This document shows positions 37,015-47,181 of a DNA stretch of 64,000 nt, one piece after another; the first letter of the stretch is position 1; each line of letters opens with the position of its first letter. Under the pieces are notes generated by a model. That model was not told the origin of the DNA, made no database searches, and worked only from the letters and a program-made list of their open reading frames with translations. Made by a program: the position numbers and the translations under genes. The DNA lies in the IMG/VR virus record IMGVR_UViG_3300050343_000122, positions 32,001 to 96,000 of that record, one strand, 5' to 3'. The DNA comes from a virus.

Positions 37015-37150
37015 ACCTATTATCAAATGTAGTAGATGTGATGAAACATTCTGTACAGGTTTAGATTACAGATGGCATTACGATAAGCATTTAGATGAGT
37101 GGTGGAAAGCAGAAGATAAAGATAAATACATAAAACAAACAACACAATGA
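37007..37150 (+). CDS. 47-aa protein with a classical C2H2 zinc finger
   Basis: Manual translation: CSRC-DETFCTGLDYRW-H-YDK-H; ATGA-coupled to PolB. Confidence 0.6.
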   Translation: MCRPIIKCSRCDETFCTGLDYRWHYDKHLDEWWKAEDKDKYIKQTTQ

Positions 37151-39111
37151 TTGAAGACATAATTATTTATGATATAGAAACCATGCAAGAGTGTTTTATA
37201 GTTGTATGTATGCAACCAGGTAAGACACCTAAGAGCTTCACTGTCAGCAATTGGCAGAATCAACTAGATGCATTTGTTAAATATACAGATGAACACAAGG
37301 ATGCACATTGGGTGGGTTACAACAACTTACGCTTTGATGCTCAGGTAGTTGAATGGATACTTAGGAACTATGAGCACTGGCATGATTGTACAGGACTAGA
37401 GATATGTGCTAAGATTGCACAGAAGGCTCAGGATGTTATACATGATGCTAACTATGATGTGTTTCCAGAGTATAGAGAATGGGAACTATCGCTTAAGCAA
37501 CTGGATCTGTTTAAGATACATCACTATGATAACAAGAACAGGCGTGTTAGTCTGAAGAGGTTAGAGTTTGAGATGGACTTAGAGAACATAGAGGAGATGC
37601 CTATACATCACACCAAGACAAACATGACTAAGGATGAAGTATTTCAGACACTGCAGTATTGTTTTAATGATGTAGATGCAACCTATGAATTCTATAAGGT
37701 AACAATAGGTGAGACGGACCACCCATTATACAAGGGTAACAACCAGATACAACTAAGGCTTGATATACAAGATGAGTTTGGTATAGATTGTTTAAACTAC
37801 TCAGACAGTAAGATTGGTGATGAGATTATCAAGAAGTATTACTGTCATGAGAAGAACATTGATATCAAAGAGTTACCAAGAAAAGGCTTCTTTAGGAAGA
37901 GCATTGCATTGAAGAACTGCGTTGCACACTATGTTAAGTTTGAAACAAAACAGCTGAAGACATTCCTTAAGAACATTAAATCAATAACACTTGGACTTCA
38001 GGATGACTTTAAAGAACACATAAACTTCTACGATAATGTATATTCGTTTATGCGTGGTGGTTTGCATACAGAAAACAAACCAGCAATATTTGAGGCTGAT
38101 GAAGATTACGAAATCATTGACTGGGATGTAGCTAGTTACTATCCTGCTATTATTATTAACAACGGTAAGTATCCTGCACACTTGGGTAAGCAATTCTTAT
38201 TCGGATATAAAGAAATGTACGAGAAGAGACTAGCTTTAAAACAAAGTGGGACCAAGGATGCTAAGACAATGGGTATTATAGGTGCACTTAAGCTTGCAGT
38301 TAACTCTGTATACGGTAAGTCATCTGACATGCTTTCATGGATCTACGATAGGCAGTTAACTATGTTCACTACAATTACTGGTGAGCTTAGCTTGATGATG
38401 CTTATAGAACAGTACGAACTGAATGGCATACATGTGATATCTGCTAACACAGACGGTGTAACTGTAAAGGTTAAGAAAGATCTTATACCTAAGATGTACG
38501 AAGTTAATAAGGAGTGGGAAGAGACTACTCAATACATACTAGAGAGAACTGATTACAGTAAAATTATATTCTCTACGGTTAATGACTATATAGCTATCAC
38601 ACCAGATGGTTATATCAAGAAGAAAGGGGACTTCCTAACAGACTTTGAACTTCATAAGAACAAATCTGCTAGGATTGTACCTCTTGCTCTTGAACAGTAT
38701 TATGTAAACGGTACTAATGTAAGAGATACTATTAAACAGCACAAGAATCTATTTGACTTCTGTATAAGAAAGAAAGCCTCAAAGGACTTCTTCTTTGAAG
38801 GGGTACATAGAACTACAGGTGACAACACTAAGTATAACAAACTAATTAGGTATTATGTATCACAGTCAGGTGAGAAGATATACAAGGTTAGAAAAGAGGA
38901 GTCTACTAGTAAAGCTGTTAAGAGATCTCAAGCAGAAGCTGGTGATTGGTTATGTACTGTTTGTAATTATCTTCCTGATAACTCAGTTTTAGATAACGTC
39001 AACTATACATATTATATACATAAGGCTGAGAAGCTAATAAGTAAGATTAAAAGTGGTGGTAAGAGAATAAAAGTAAAAGTAGCACCTAACCAATTAGATT
39101 TATTCGCATGA
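37147..39111 (+). CDS. polB: DNA polymerase family B
   Basis: Exo I YDIET, Exo II GYNN..FD, Exo III YC..D; motif A DVASYYP, B K...NS.YG, C NTDG. Confidence 0.9.
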   Translation: MIEDIIIYDIETMQECFIVVCMQPGKTPKSFTVSNWQNQLDAFVKYTDEHKDAHWVGYNNLRFDAQVVEWILRNYEHWHDCTGLEICAKIAQKAQDVIHDANYDVFPEYREWELSLKQLDLFKIHHYDNKNRRVSLKRLEFEMDLENIEEMPIHHTKTNMTKDEVFQTLQYCFNDVDATYEFYKVTIGETDHPLYKGNNQIQLRLDIQDEFGIDCLNYSDSKIGDEIIKKYYCHEKNIDIKELPRKGFFRKSIALKNCVAHYVKFETKQLKTFLKNIKSITLGLQDDFKEHINFYDNVYSFMRGGLHTENKPAIFEADEDYEIIDWDVASYYPAIIINNGKYPAHLGKQFLFGYKEMYEKRLALKQSGTKDAKTMGIIGALKLAVNSVYGKSSDMLSWIYDRQLTMFTTITGELSLMMLIEQYELNGIHVISANTDGVTVKVKKDLIPKMYEVNKEWEETTQYILERTDYSKIIFSTVNDYIAITPDGYIKKKGDFLTDFELHKNKSARIVPLALEQYYVNGTNVRDTIKQHKNLFDFCIRKKASKDFFFEGVHRTTGDNTKYNKLIRYYVSQSGEKIYKVRKEESTSKAVKRSQAEAGDWLCTVCNYLPDNSVLDNVNYTYYIHKAEKLISKIKSGGKRIKVKVAPNQLDLFA

Positions 39112-39365
39112 AAAAGAAAGTAAATAGAAGTAATGTCATGAGACATTTGATTGAGTATCAATTAGATATGGTCGGTAAACGATTAGTTGATACTCTTGAT
39201 GATGACAAGTGGTATTTTAACTGGACAATGACTAGTGCTCAACGTATAGAGTTTAATAAATACGCAATTCAAACTATGAAGAAAGTCTTTAAGTTTAATA
39301 CAAACAAAGCTAAGGACTCTCTTGCATGGTTTCATCAACAATTCGGATTAAGAATCAAAGATTAA
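39108..39365 (+). CDS. Hypothetical protein
   Basis: ATGA-coupled to PolB. Confidence 0.6.
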   Translation: MKKKVNRSNVMRHLIEYQLDMVGKRLVDTLDDDKWYFNWTMTSAQRIEFNKYAIQTMKKVFKFNTNKAKDSLAWFHQQFGLRIKD

Positions 39366-39390
39366 TATTAATAATTAAAATCAAGTAAAA

Positions 39391-39633
39391 ATGGAAATTT
39401 CAACAATTCAAGTAGTAATCGCAATCGTAGCAATAGTTGCTATATTTGCAGGAGTAAGAGGAGTAAACAAGACTCCAAAGAAGATCGTAGCACCTAAAGC
39501 TACAAAACCTCGAAGAGGTAGACCAAAAGGTAGTAAGAATAATACTGCTAAAGTGGTAGTTAGTAAACCAAAGCGTGGAAGAGGTAGACCTAAAGGTTCT
39601 AAAAACAAGCCAAAGGGTGTCAAAGTTAATTAA
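39391..39633 (+). CDS. Membrane-anchored double AT-hook protein
   Basis: N-terminal TM helix; RRGRPKGSKN and GRGRPKGSKNK. Confidence 0.7.
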   Translation: MEISTIQVVIAIVAIVAIFAGVRGVNKTPKKIVAPKATKPRRGRPKGSKNNTAKVVVSKPKRGRGRPKGSKNKPKGVKVN

Positions 39634-39841
39634 CGAAGACTGGGAACATGCAGCATATGCTAATGATGAAGTGTATGCTGCAGAACGCCAGTACCTGATG
39701 GAACTAGAACATCAGCAGTGGGAGCACGAGCAAGCTAAGAAGAAACAGAAGCCTGCAATTATTAAACTATCAAAACCAATTAAAGATGAAGCTACACATA
39801 ACCCCAGAAAAGTTCGAGGAGCTCATCAAGAAAAGCTATAG
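39575..39841 (+). CDS. Hypothetical protein (true start probably GTG ~39617)
   Basis: ORF track; overlaps neighbours. Confidence 0.45.
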   Translation: MEEVDLKVLKTSQRVSKLINEDWEHAAYANDEVYAAERQYLMELEHQQWEHEQAKKKQKPAIIKLSKPIKDEATHNPRKVRGAHQEKL

Positions 39842-40415
39842 TTTAGATATTATCTATTTACTTAAGTTGATTGAGGCAGAGTATGACGTAGAACCTCTCT
39901 ATGAGAATAGTATGCGTATCTCTGCCATCTATCAATCACTTAGACGAAAAGGACTAATAGCTGAAGATGAGAACAAACTAACTACAGTGGGACAAGACTT
40001 GCTTAAGTACTTACATCCAGAAGAAACTAAAAGAAAGTTCGTAAAGAGAAAACCTCAGGCCACAGCATTTGAAGAGTGGTGGAAAACATATCCTGGTACT
40101 GATACATTTACTTATGAAGGTAAGAAGTTCAGGGGAACAAGGGCTCTGCGTAAAGACAAGCAGGCCTGTAAGATTAAGTTCGATGCAATATTATTAGAGG
40201 GAGATTATACATCTGATCAACTAGTACAAGCTCTAAGATACGAACTTGAGCAAAAAGTATTGATGTCAATGAAAACTAAACAAAACAGACTTACGTTTAT
40301 GCAGAACAGTCTAACTTATCTGAATCAGAGAACCTATGAGGCTTTTATAGAACTTATAGATGAACAAGGTTCAGACCAAGGAGGCAGTGTACCAAGTGGG
40401 TCTACAGATATATAA
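39786..40415 (+). CDS. Replication initiator / replisome organizer-like protein
   Basis: N-terminal wHTH (L.RKGLI...LT..G); FEEWWKTYP and TYLNQR C-terminal motifs. Confidence 0.55.
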   Translation: MKLHITPEKFEELIKKSYSLDIIYLLKLIEAEYDVEPLYENSMRISAIYQSLRRKGLIAEDENKLTTVGQDLLKYLHPEETKRKFVKRKPQATAFEEWWKTYPGTDTFTYEGKKFRGTRALRKDKQACKIKFDAILLEGDYTSDQLVQALRYELEQKVLMSMKTKQNRLTFMQNSLTYLNQRTYEAFIELIDEQGSDQGGSVPSGSTDI

Positions 40416-40424
40416 ATTATAATT

Positions 40425-40736
40425 ATGGGAAAGAAGAAGAGTTTGTGGAGGAAAAATAGATACGGAAAGTGGTATAAACTTAAGGAACCTGAAGGTAAAA
40501 CAGTTAAGTTTATACCTTGTGACGAAGATAAACAAGTATATAACTGGAGTAGAACTAACAAGAAGGCTACAGAGAACTTCAACGGTGGACCAACAGGTGC
40601 AGTTTGGAGGAAAGAAAGAGGGCCTGTACATGAGTATTTAAACAGAGATAAAGAATTCCTTATCTCAGATAAGGAAGATAAAGAGGAACAAGCAGAACAA
40701 AAGGGACCAGACTTAAAGGATGACTACCCTTTCTAA
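40425..40736 (+). CDS. Hypothetical protein
   Basis: ORF track. Confidence 0.5.
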   Translation: MGKKKSLWRKNRYGKWYKLKEPEGKTVKFIPCDEDKQVYNWSRTNKKATENFNGGPTGAVWRKERGPVHEYLNRDKEFLISDKEDKEEQAEQKGPDLKDDYPF

Positions 40737-40746
40737 AAATAAATAA

Positions 40747-40860
40747 ATGGAAGCAATTAAATTAATAGTCAGTATTATAATATTACTCTTTTTGATAAAG
40801 TGGGTCGGTAAGTTTATATGGCCAGAGGATGATGATGATTGGCATAACCTGCAATATTGA
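40747..40860 (+). CDS. Small membrane protein, 37 aa
   Basis: Manual translation MEAIKLIVSIIILLFLIKWVG... Confidence 0.5.
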   Translation: MEAIKLIVSIIILLFLIKWVGKFIWPEDDDDWHNLQY

Positions 40861-40863
40861 ATC

Positions 40864-41169
40864 ATGAGCTATAAACCACTACCTGAGTCTTTAACTATCA
40901 AAGACTCTAAAGTGCACGGACTAGGTCTGTTTGCTAAACAAGACATTGTAAAAGGTATAAGTCTAGGAACAACACACGTATACAATGAGAATTTTGACAA
41001 CAACTACATTAGAACACCACTGGGAGGTTTTATAAACCATAGTGATAACGCTAATGCACAGTTGATAAAGCTAAACGATACTTTAATGTTAGCTACAACT
41101 CGTTTTATAAAGAAGGGAGAGGAGATCTTCACAACTTACAAACTATATAATATAAAAGATGGGATTTAA
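40864..41169 (+). CDS. Minimal SET-domain protein-lysine methyltransferase
   Basis: S.VHGLGLFA, FINHS..AN, IKKGEEI..Y motifs. Confidence 0.85.
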   Translation: MSYKPLPESLTIKDSKVHGLGLFAKQDIVKGISLGTTHVYNENFDNNYIRTPLGGFINHSDNANAQLIKLNDTLMLATTRFIKKGEEIFTTYKLYNIKDGI

Positions 41170-42223
41170 ACTATTAAAAGAAGAGGTAGACAAGGGTCTG
41201 GCTGGTAGAAACGGTGGTATACCTATGGGATTCGACAGACTAAATAGGTATGTTGGTATCCGTAGGTCTATGTATTACTTAATAGGTGGACTAACCGGTT
41301 CAGGTAAGACTAGCTTTATCGATGATGCATTTGTACTGAACCCAGTAGACTGGGCCCTATCTAAAGAAGGACGTGAGTCTGGTATTAAGGTGAAGGTGTG
41401 GTACAGATCTATGGAGCGTAGTCAGACATACAAACTAGCTAAGTGGACCTGCAGGAAGATCTTTCAAGAAGAAGGAGTTATCATTCCTGTTAACAAACTA
41501 CTGGGCTGGACAAGCAAGATGACAAAGGATGAACATGACTTATTCCTTAAGTATGAGGACTATATGAATGAGCTTATGGAAATAGTTACTATTATAGATG
41601 GGCCAGAGAATCCGGTTGGTATTGCTAAAGAGCTAAAAGCTTATGCACTAGAACGTGGTGAGATAAAACAGTTAGATACATACAACAAGATATACGTTCC
41701 TAATGATCCTAACGAGATAACACTAGTTGTGTTAGATCACATAGGTCTACTGAAGACTACCAGTGCACAGCCCACAAAGAAGCAGGCTATTGACAAGATG
41801 AGTGATGAGCTAAGATACGCTCGTGACTTCTATGGTTATTCACCAGTTGTTGTTAGTCAGTTCAACCGGTCTATATCTAATCCTATCAGGATAAAGAATG
41901 GTGATGTTGAGCCACAGATGGAAGACTTTGCTGATAGTTCTACAACACAGAATGACTCAGACATATGTATGGCCCTATTTGACCCTATGAGGTACAAGGT
42001 AGAAGATCCATCAGGCTATGACCTCAACAAACTGAAGGATGAGTTCGGTGGTAAATACTTTAGGAGTCTACGTGTAATAAAGAATAGCTATGGTGAAGAT
42101 GATATCAGGATTGGTCTTGGTTTCCTTGGCCAGATAGGTATGTTCAAAGAGTTACCTAGACGTAGAGATATAACAGAATCAGACTATCAGTCTGTAATTA
42201 ATAAATCATTCTTTTTATCATGA
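41159..42223 (+). CDS. dnaB: DnaB-like replicative helicase
   Basis: GLTGSGKT, SME, LDHIGL, SQFNR, KN.YG. Confidence 0.85.
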   Translation: MGFKLLKEEVDKGLAGRNGGIPMGFDRLNRYVGIRRSMYYLIGGLTGSGKTSFIDDAFVLNPVDWALSKEGRESGIKVKVWYRSMERSQTYKLAKWTCRKIFQEEGVIIPVNKLLGWTSKMTKDEHDLFLKYEDYMNELMEIVTIIDGPENPVGIAKELKAYALERGEIKQLDTYNKIYVPNDPNEITLVVLDHIGLLKTTSAQPTKKQAIDKMSDELRYARDFYGYSPVVVSQFNRSISNPIRIKNGDVEPQMEDFADSSTTQNDSDICMALFDPMRYKVEDPSGYDLNKLKDEFGGKYFRSLRVIKNSYGEDDIRIGLGFLGQIGMFKELPRRRDITESDYQSVINKSFFLS

Positions 42224-42663
42224 TAACAGGATTCACTGCAGGTAACTTTGACTTGCTACACCCAGGATACATATACACATTTGAAGAAGCTAAGAAGCAT
42301 TGCGATAGATTCGTAGTGCTACTACAGCGTGATCCTTCATTGCATAGGAAATCAAAGTATAAACCTGTGCTGTCATTACACGAGCGTTACAAAGCCTTAA
42401 TGGCTATACGTTACATTGATGAGGTGTATACATACCAGACAGAAGAGGAGCTTTATCATCTTATACAATGGCTTCAGCCTGATGTAAGAATACTAGGAGA
42501 AGACTATGTATGGGAAGGAGAAAATGGTAAACCTAAAAGATTTACAGGAGATGACCTGAACATTAAAGTTATATATACTACTAGATCTCATGACTGGTCC
42601 ACTACTAAGATAAAGGATTTAATAACAGAACAAACTAATAAACAAAATGACAATAAGAGATAA
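42220..42663 (+). CDS. Cytidylyltransferase (TagD/RfaE-like nucleotidyltransferase)
   Basis: GNFDLLHPG, ER...L.A..YIDEV, G.DY, R....STT.IK. Confidence 0.8.
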   Translation: MITGFTAGNFDLLHPGYIYTFEEAKKHCDRFVVLLQRDPSLHRKSKYKPVLSLHERYKALMAIRYIDEVYTYQTEEELYHLIQWLQPDVRILGEDYVWEGENGKPKRFTGDDLNIKVIYTTRSHDWSTTKIKDLITEQTNKQNDNKR

Positions 42664-43726
42664 AAGACAAAAAGAGTTTGCACAGGTGTGGATAAACCAC
42701 GGTAGGTTTGGTATCCTTAACTTGTGTCCAAGGTTTGGTAAGATCAGAACCACTATACATATATTGAATGAGTTACAGTCAGATCAAATACTTATAGCAT
42801 ATCCAGATAATAAGATTAAACAGTCCTGGATTGATGAGTTCGAGCTAATGGGTTACAAGAATGATAATATAACTTATACAACACACAGATCAATAAACAA
42901 ATACATAGACGTTTATGATCTTGTAATTATAGATGAGATACACTTGTTATCACCTAACCAACGAAGAACATGTGAAGAGTTGATTCTATCAAACAGTAAT
43001 GTTCTTGGCCTCACTGGTACATTATCTAAGTGGACCAAGAAAGACTTACAGATGGAACTAGGTCTGCAGGTTATGGCTGAGTATCCAATAGAGAAAGCAA
43101 TTGAGGAGGGAGTTATAGCAGACTATGAGATAACTGTAATACAGGTGCCATTAGATAACACTGTGGTGCAAACTTACACCAAGAAGAACATTCGTAAGAC
43201 AGAGCTACAGCAATTCCAGTTCTTAAGTGGCATGATTAATAAAATGATGTACTCTGGAGCTAACACTATGTTTCATAGACTAGCACGTATGAGAATTATA
43301 CAGAACAGTCTAGCTAAGCTTAACAAAACAAAACAGATACTTCAGGATAATCCTGATGAGCGTATCCTTGTATTCTGTGGTATAACTAAAGTGGCTGATT
43401 CATTGGGAATACCTTCCTATCATAGTAAATCAAAGGATAAGGAAGCGTTGCAGCGTTTTGCTGAAGGTGAAGGTAACCACATGGCTGTTGTCAAGATAGG
43501 TAACACAGGTGTGACATATAAACCACTCAATAAGGTAATCATAAACTACTTTGATAGTAACGCAGAGAATCTAGCTCAGAAGATCAATAGATGTATGGCC
43601 ATGGAGTATAACACTCCTGATAAAAAGTCTCACATAACTATTATATCATCTAAGCAAAATGTCGAAGAGAAATGGCTTAATAAAGCTCTTGAATTCTTTG
43701 ATAAAAGTAAGATTAAATACGCATAA
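42647..43726 (+). CDS. Superfamily 2 DNA helicase
   Basis: PRFGK, IIDEIH, GLTGT, QKINR. Confidence 0.8.
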   Translation: MTIRDKRQKEFAQVWINHGRFGILNLCPRFGKIRTTIHILNELQSDQILIAYPDNKIKQSWIDEFELMGYKNDNITYTTHRSINKYIDVYDLVIIDEIHLLSPNQRRTCEELILSNSNVLGLTGTLSKWTKKDLQMELGLQVMAEYPIEKAIEEGVIADYEITVIQVPLDNTVVQTYTKKNIRKTELQQFQFLSGMINKMMYSGANTMFHRLARMRIIQNSLAKLNKTKQILQDNPDERILVFCGITKVADSLGIPSYHSKSKDKEALQRFAEGEGNHMAVVKIGNTGVTYKPLNKVIINYFDSNAENLAQKINRCMAMEYNTPDKKSHITIISSKQNVEEKWLNKALEFFDKSKIKYA

Positions 43727-43732
43727 ATATCG

Positions 43733-43740
43733 TATATTTG
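43733..43740 (+). promoter_or_regulatory. Bacteroidota -7 element (TATATTTG)
   Basis: Context CATAAATATCGTATATTTG is near-identical to CATAAATTTCGTATATTTA before recA. Confidence 0.65.
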
Positions 43741-43772
43741 TAAACCTAATATTAATAAATAAATACATAAAA

Positions 43773-44444
43773 ATGAGTTCAAAATTAATTGGAGTTGTTG
43801 GCGAAACAGGGACAGGTAAGTCAACAGCAATAAAGCACTTAAACCCTGAAGAAACTTACATTATTAACGTTGCAAAGAAAGAGTTACCATTTAGAGGTTC
43901 TCAAAAACTTTACAACACAGACAACAAAAACTACAAAGAGGTAGATGATCCGGTAGAAGTAACTAGACTTTTAAAAGTTATTTCTGAGAAAGCACCACAC
44001 ATAAAAACTATTGTTATTGAAGATAGTAATTATCTTATGGGCTTTAGAATGGTAGAGAAAGCTACTGAGACAGGATTCACAAAGTTCAGCATAATGGCTA
44101 AAGACATGGTTGACATGTTTAGATCAGCTAGAGCACTACGTGATGACTTAGTTGTATTCTATTACTCCCACCCTGAAACTATTGAGGATGCAGGAGAGAT
44201 AGTAGGATACAAGATTAAAACAGCCGGTAAATTAATTGACAACCAAGTTTTGTTGGAGGGATTATTAACCGTATGTTTGTACACTAATATAGAAGAAGGT
44301 AAGGATGGTAATGTTACGTACAGCTTTCTTACTAATCGATATAGAAAAAGACCAGCTAAGAGTCCTGATGGAATGTTTGAAACAACAAAGGTCCCAAATA
44401 ACTTGCAGCTAGTTAGAGACACAGTAATGGAATATTATAACTAA
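43773..44444 (+). CDS. AAA_24/Sak4-like ATPase
   Basis: GETGTGKST, VIED, AKSP.GMF; start moved to MSSKLI. Confidence 0.75.
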   Translation: MSSKLIGVVGETGTGKSTAIKHLNPEETYIINVAKKELPFRGSQKLYNTDNKNYKEVDDPVEVTRLLKVISEKAPHIKTIVIEDSNYLMGFRMVEKATETGFTKFSIMAKDMVDMFRSARALRDDLVVFYYSHPETIEDAGEIVGYKIKTAGKLIDNQVLLEGLLTVCLYTNIEEGKDGNVTYSFLTNRYRKRPAKSPDGMFETTKVPNNLQLVRDTVMEYYN

Positions 44445-44458
44445 ATAAATAAATAAAT

Positions 44459-45334
44459 ATGAGTACAATAGGTGGAGTAAAAAGAGAATCTACAAACACA
44501 GAAAGTAAATTTAACAAGAAAGTAGGCCTGTTTGAGGCTAACGTTGTTGCTATCAACCCAACAAATGAAGAGTACAAAGATGTGCTTGGAATAGAATTGA
44601 GTGAAGATAGCAAAGCAACTAATTATCTAGGAGAAACAAGAGATGGTAATACATATCTCCGTGTAGATGTATGGTTGCAGGAGGTAAAGAATCAAGAGAA
44701 CTTTAAAGTATCATTCTTTCTAGAAGATAGAGAGCGTGAGAATAGGGACCAAACTAAGAAACAATATCTAAACAGTGTAGGTATGACATCTTGGGCTGAT
44801 GATGAGAACAATTTATTTGACTGGTTCAAAGAGAACCGTGAGTATAGAGTTGCATTCATTGGTGAGGAAGACTTATATGATTTCTTACGTACTTGGTTGG
44901 GACAACTAGACTATAGAAGTGCAGAAACTACACTAACCCTTGACTGGAGTAAGCTTATGCGTGGTAACGTAAAAGATCTTAAGGACCAGGTAGATGGTGA
45001 GTGGTGTAACAGCATTGTAGCACTAGCTACCGTAGTTACTAAAGAGCGTGATGGTGATACAGTAGAATATCAAGGTGTCTACAACAAGGCATTCTTGTCT
45101 GGATACACTATGCGTCAGTTTAGACTAGTAGATTACACAGAAAGCAGAATTGTAAATCAATTGAAGTCACGTAAACCTAGAGAGCTGAAGCCACATGAAA
45201 GATTTGTAGTGAAAGTTACTGGTGAATATGGTTGTAAAGATTACTATCAACTTAAAGAGATAGAAGATTACAATCCTGATGAGAACTTAGTAGCTTCTGA
45301 TGATTATATATCTGAGGACGGAGGAGATTACTAA
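44459..45334 (+). CDS. Probable ssDNA-binding protein (crAss-type)
   Basis: Follows the Sak4-like gene; VVAINPT motif; acidic C-terminal tail ending in an aromatic residue. Confidence 0.5.
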   Translation: MSTIGGVKRESTNTESKFNKKVGLFEANVVAINPTNEEYKDVLGIELSEDSKATNYLGETRDGNTYLRVDVWLQEVKNQENFKVSFFLEDRERENRDQTKKQYLNSVGMTSWADDENNLFDWFKENREYRVAFIGEEDLYDFLRTWLGQLDYRSAETTLTLDWSKLMRGNVKDLKDQVDGEWCNSIVALATVVTKERDGDTVEYQGVYNKAFLSGYTMRQFRLVDYTESRIVNQLKSRKPRELKPHERFVVKVTGEYGCKDYYQLKEIEDYNPDENLVASDDYISEDGGDY

Positions 45335-45354
45335 CTAAGTATTTAACTTTAAAC

Positions 45355-45386
45355 AAAAGCTCTGCAGAAATGTAGGGCTTTTTTTA
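45355..45386 (+). terminator. Intrinsic terminator
   Basis: AAAAGCTCTGCA-GAAA-TGTAGGGCTTTTTTT. Confidence 0.75.
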
Positions 45387-45397
45387 ACTAATAAATT

Positions 45398-46405
45398 ATG
45401 GCAATAGGAGGAATAAAAAGAACAAAACTGAACAAACAGTCTATACTTGATAAGATATCTGAATATGATGTATTTAGATACTATATGCCAAATACTAACT
45501 GGAAACTGAATGTTAAAACCCATTCACCGTTTAGAGAAGAACGTACACCATCATTTATTATTAGTCAAGGTCACAATGGAGTTAGCTTCTATGACTTTGG
45601 GGACACTAGTAAGAAAGGAGACTGCTTTGCATTTGTAAAGATGCTATATATGTGTAGTAACTATGATGATGTTCTTAAAAAGATAGATTATGATTTTGGA
45701 CTAGGTATCTCTGGTAGTAAGATTAAAGACTACAAGAGAATAGTTGCTCAATACAAACAGCCTGAGAAGGTTGTTAAGTCATACTCTTTTATACAGGTGA
45801 AGACCAAACCTTTTACTACTGAAGAGTTAGATTACTGGAATCAGTATTATCAGGATGAGGATGACCTTCGAGCAAACAACATATATTCAATTCAAGAACT
45901 ATTTCTAAATAAGAAGAGGTGGGTAGTAGATCCTACTGTGCTAACCTTTGGTTATTTATATGATGGGCACTGGAAGATATATAAACCGTTTGCAGACAAG
46001 AAATACAAATGGGTACCTAATAATGTTCCTATCACAGCTATGGATGGTAAAGATGACATAAAGAACTGTCACACAGCATTCATAACTAAGAGCAAGAAAG
46101 ATTATATGGTAATGAAGAAGATCTTCCCTACATGTTGTGCAGTGCAGAACGAAGGGATAGGCTGCTTTGATGATGATAACGTAGAATACATCAAGGCTAA
46201 TTCAGATATACAGATACTATCATTTGATTCTGACACTACAGGTGTAGAGAATTCAAAAGCAATTACAGATAAGTTTGGATTTGATTACTGTAATGTTCCA
46301 AGGAAATACCTGGCAGAAGGAATAAACGACTGGGCAGACTTGGCTAAACATTACGGATTAAAAGTTATAGAAGATTACTTAATAAATAAAAACATAATAA
46401 AATGA
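45398..46405 (+). CDS. DnaG-like primase
   Basis: SPFR.E..PSF...DFG degenerate Zn domain; ITKS.KD, FDSD..G, DWAD TOPRIM motifs. Confidence 0.8.
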   Translation: MAIGGIKRTKLNKQSILDKISEYDVFRYYMPNTNWKLNVKTHSPFREERTPSFIISQGHNGVSFYDFGDTSKKGDCFAFVKMLYMCSNYDDVLKKIDYDFGLGISGSKIKDYKRIVAQYKQPEKVVKSYSFIQVKTKPFTTEELDYWNQYYQDEDDLRANNIYSIQELFLNKKRWVVDPTVLTFGYLYDGHWKIYKPFADKKYKWVPNNVPITAMDGKDDIKNCHTAFITKSKKDYMVMKKIFPTCCAVQNEGIGCFDDDNVEYIKANSDIQILSFDSDTTGVENSKAITDKFGFDYCNVPRKYLAEGINDWADLAKHYGLKVIEDYLINKNIIK

Positions 46406-47181
46406 TTACAGAAACAGTAAAAACATATGAGTCCGCTGAGGACATAATGTTAAAAGCACAGGTTCCTATAGAAACTAGGACATACAAACCAATTAGTCAC
46501 AGACAATTAGTTGACTTAACTCTAGAGAGTGTACTACAGTCAGGATTCACAGTTGATAAACAAAAGTATTCAGTTGGGAGCAATGGTAATGTAGCATCCG
46601 GTAGATACACCATTTCTAATGTAAAGGATGAAGACATGCAACTACAGATTGCTTGGCAGAATAGTTATGATAGAACTACAACCTTAAAGTTTGCTATCGG
46701 TGTACAAGTATTTATATGTAGCAACGGTATGGTATCAGGAGATCATGGATCTTTCGCAGAGAAGCACATGGGAGGTATACAGCAGTTCGCAGCTAGTACT
46801 ATCACTGAGTATATCAAAAGATCAGGTGATGCGTTCACTAAAATGCAACAGGACAAAGAAGCTTTCAAAGCCCATGAGATATCTAAGGAACGCAGGGCTG
46901 AACTATTGGGACTTATGTTCGCACATGATAAGTTTCTAAAGTCAACTCAATTGAATGCGATTCAGAGAGAGTTTACTAATCCAACACATGATTATAAATC
47001 TCCTAATACATTGTGGGAGCTCTATAACTATACAACTTTTGCAATGAAAGAGATTCATCCAACACTATGGATGAAGAATCACATTAAGTGTCATGACTTC
47101 TTTGCAGCTCAGGCTGATCTAGAACACGAGAAGATCATACACCAGATTCAACCAGCTAACCAATTAATAATGGAAATATGA
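46402..47181 (+). CDS. DUF932-like protein
   Basis: NSYDR......G..VFICSNG; LW.LYN..T. Confidence 0.65.
   Translation: MITETVKTYESAEDIMLKAQVPIETRTYKPISHRQLVDLTLESVLQSGFTVDKQKYSVGSNGNVASGRYTISNVKDEDMQLQIAWQNSYDRTTTLKFAIGVQVFICSNGMVSGDHGSFAEKHMGGIQQFAASTITEYIKRSGDAFTKMQQDKEAFKAHEISKERRAELLGLMFAHDKFLKSTQLNAIQREFTNPTHDYKSPNTLWELYNYTTFAMKEIHPTLWMKNHIKCHDFFAAQADLEHEKIIHQIQPANQLIMEI

Noticed and set aside
28802-39111. Inteins or group I introns in terminase, PolB or other core genes
   Set aside because: Proteins are of normal length with contiguous motifs; no splice-junction signatures noticed.
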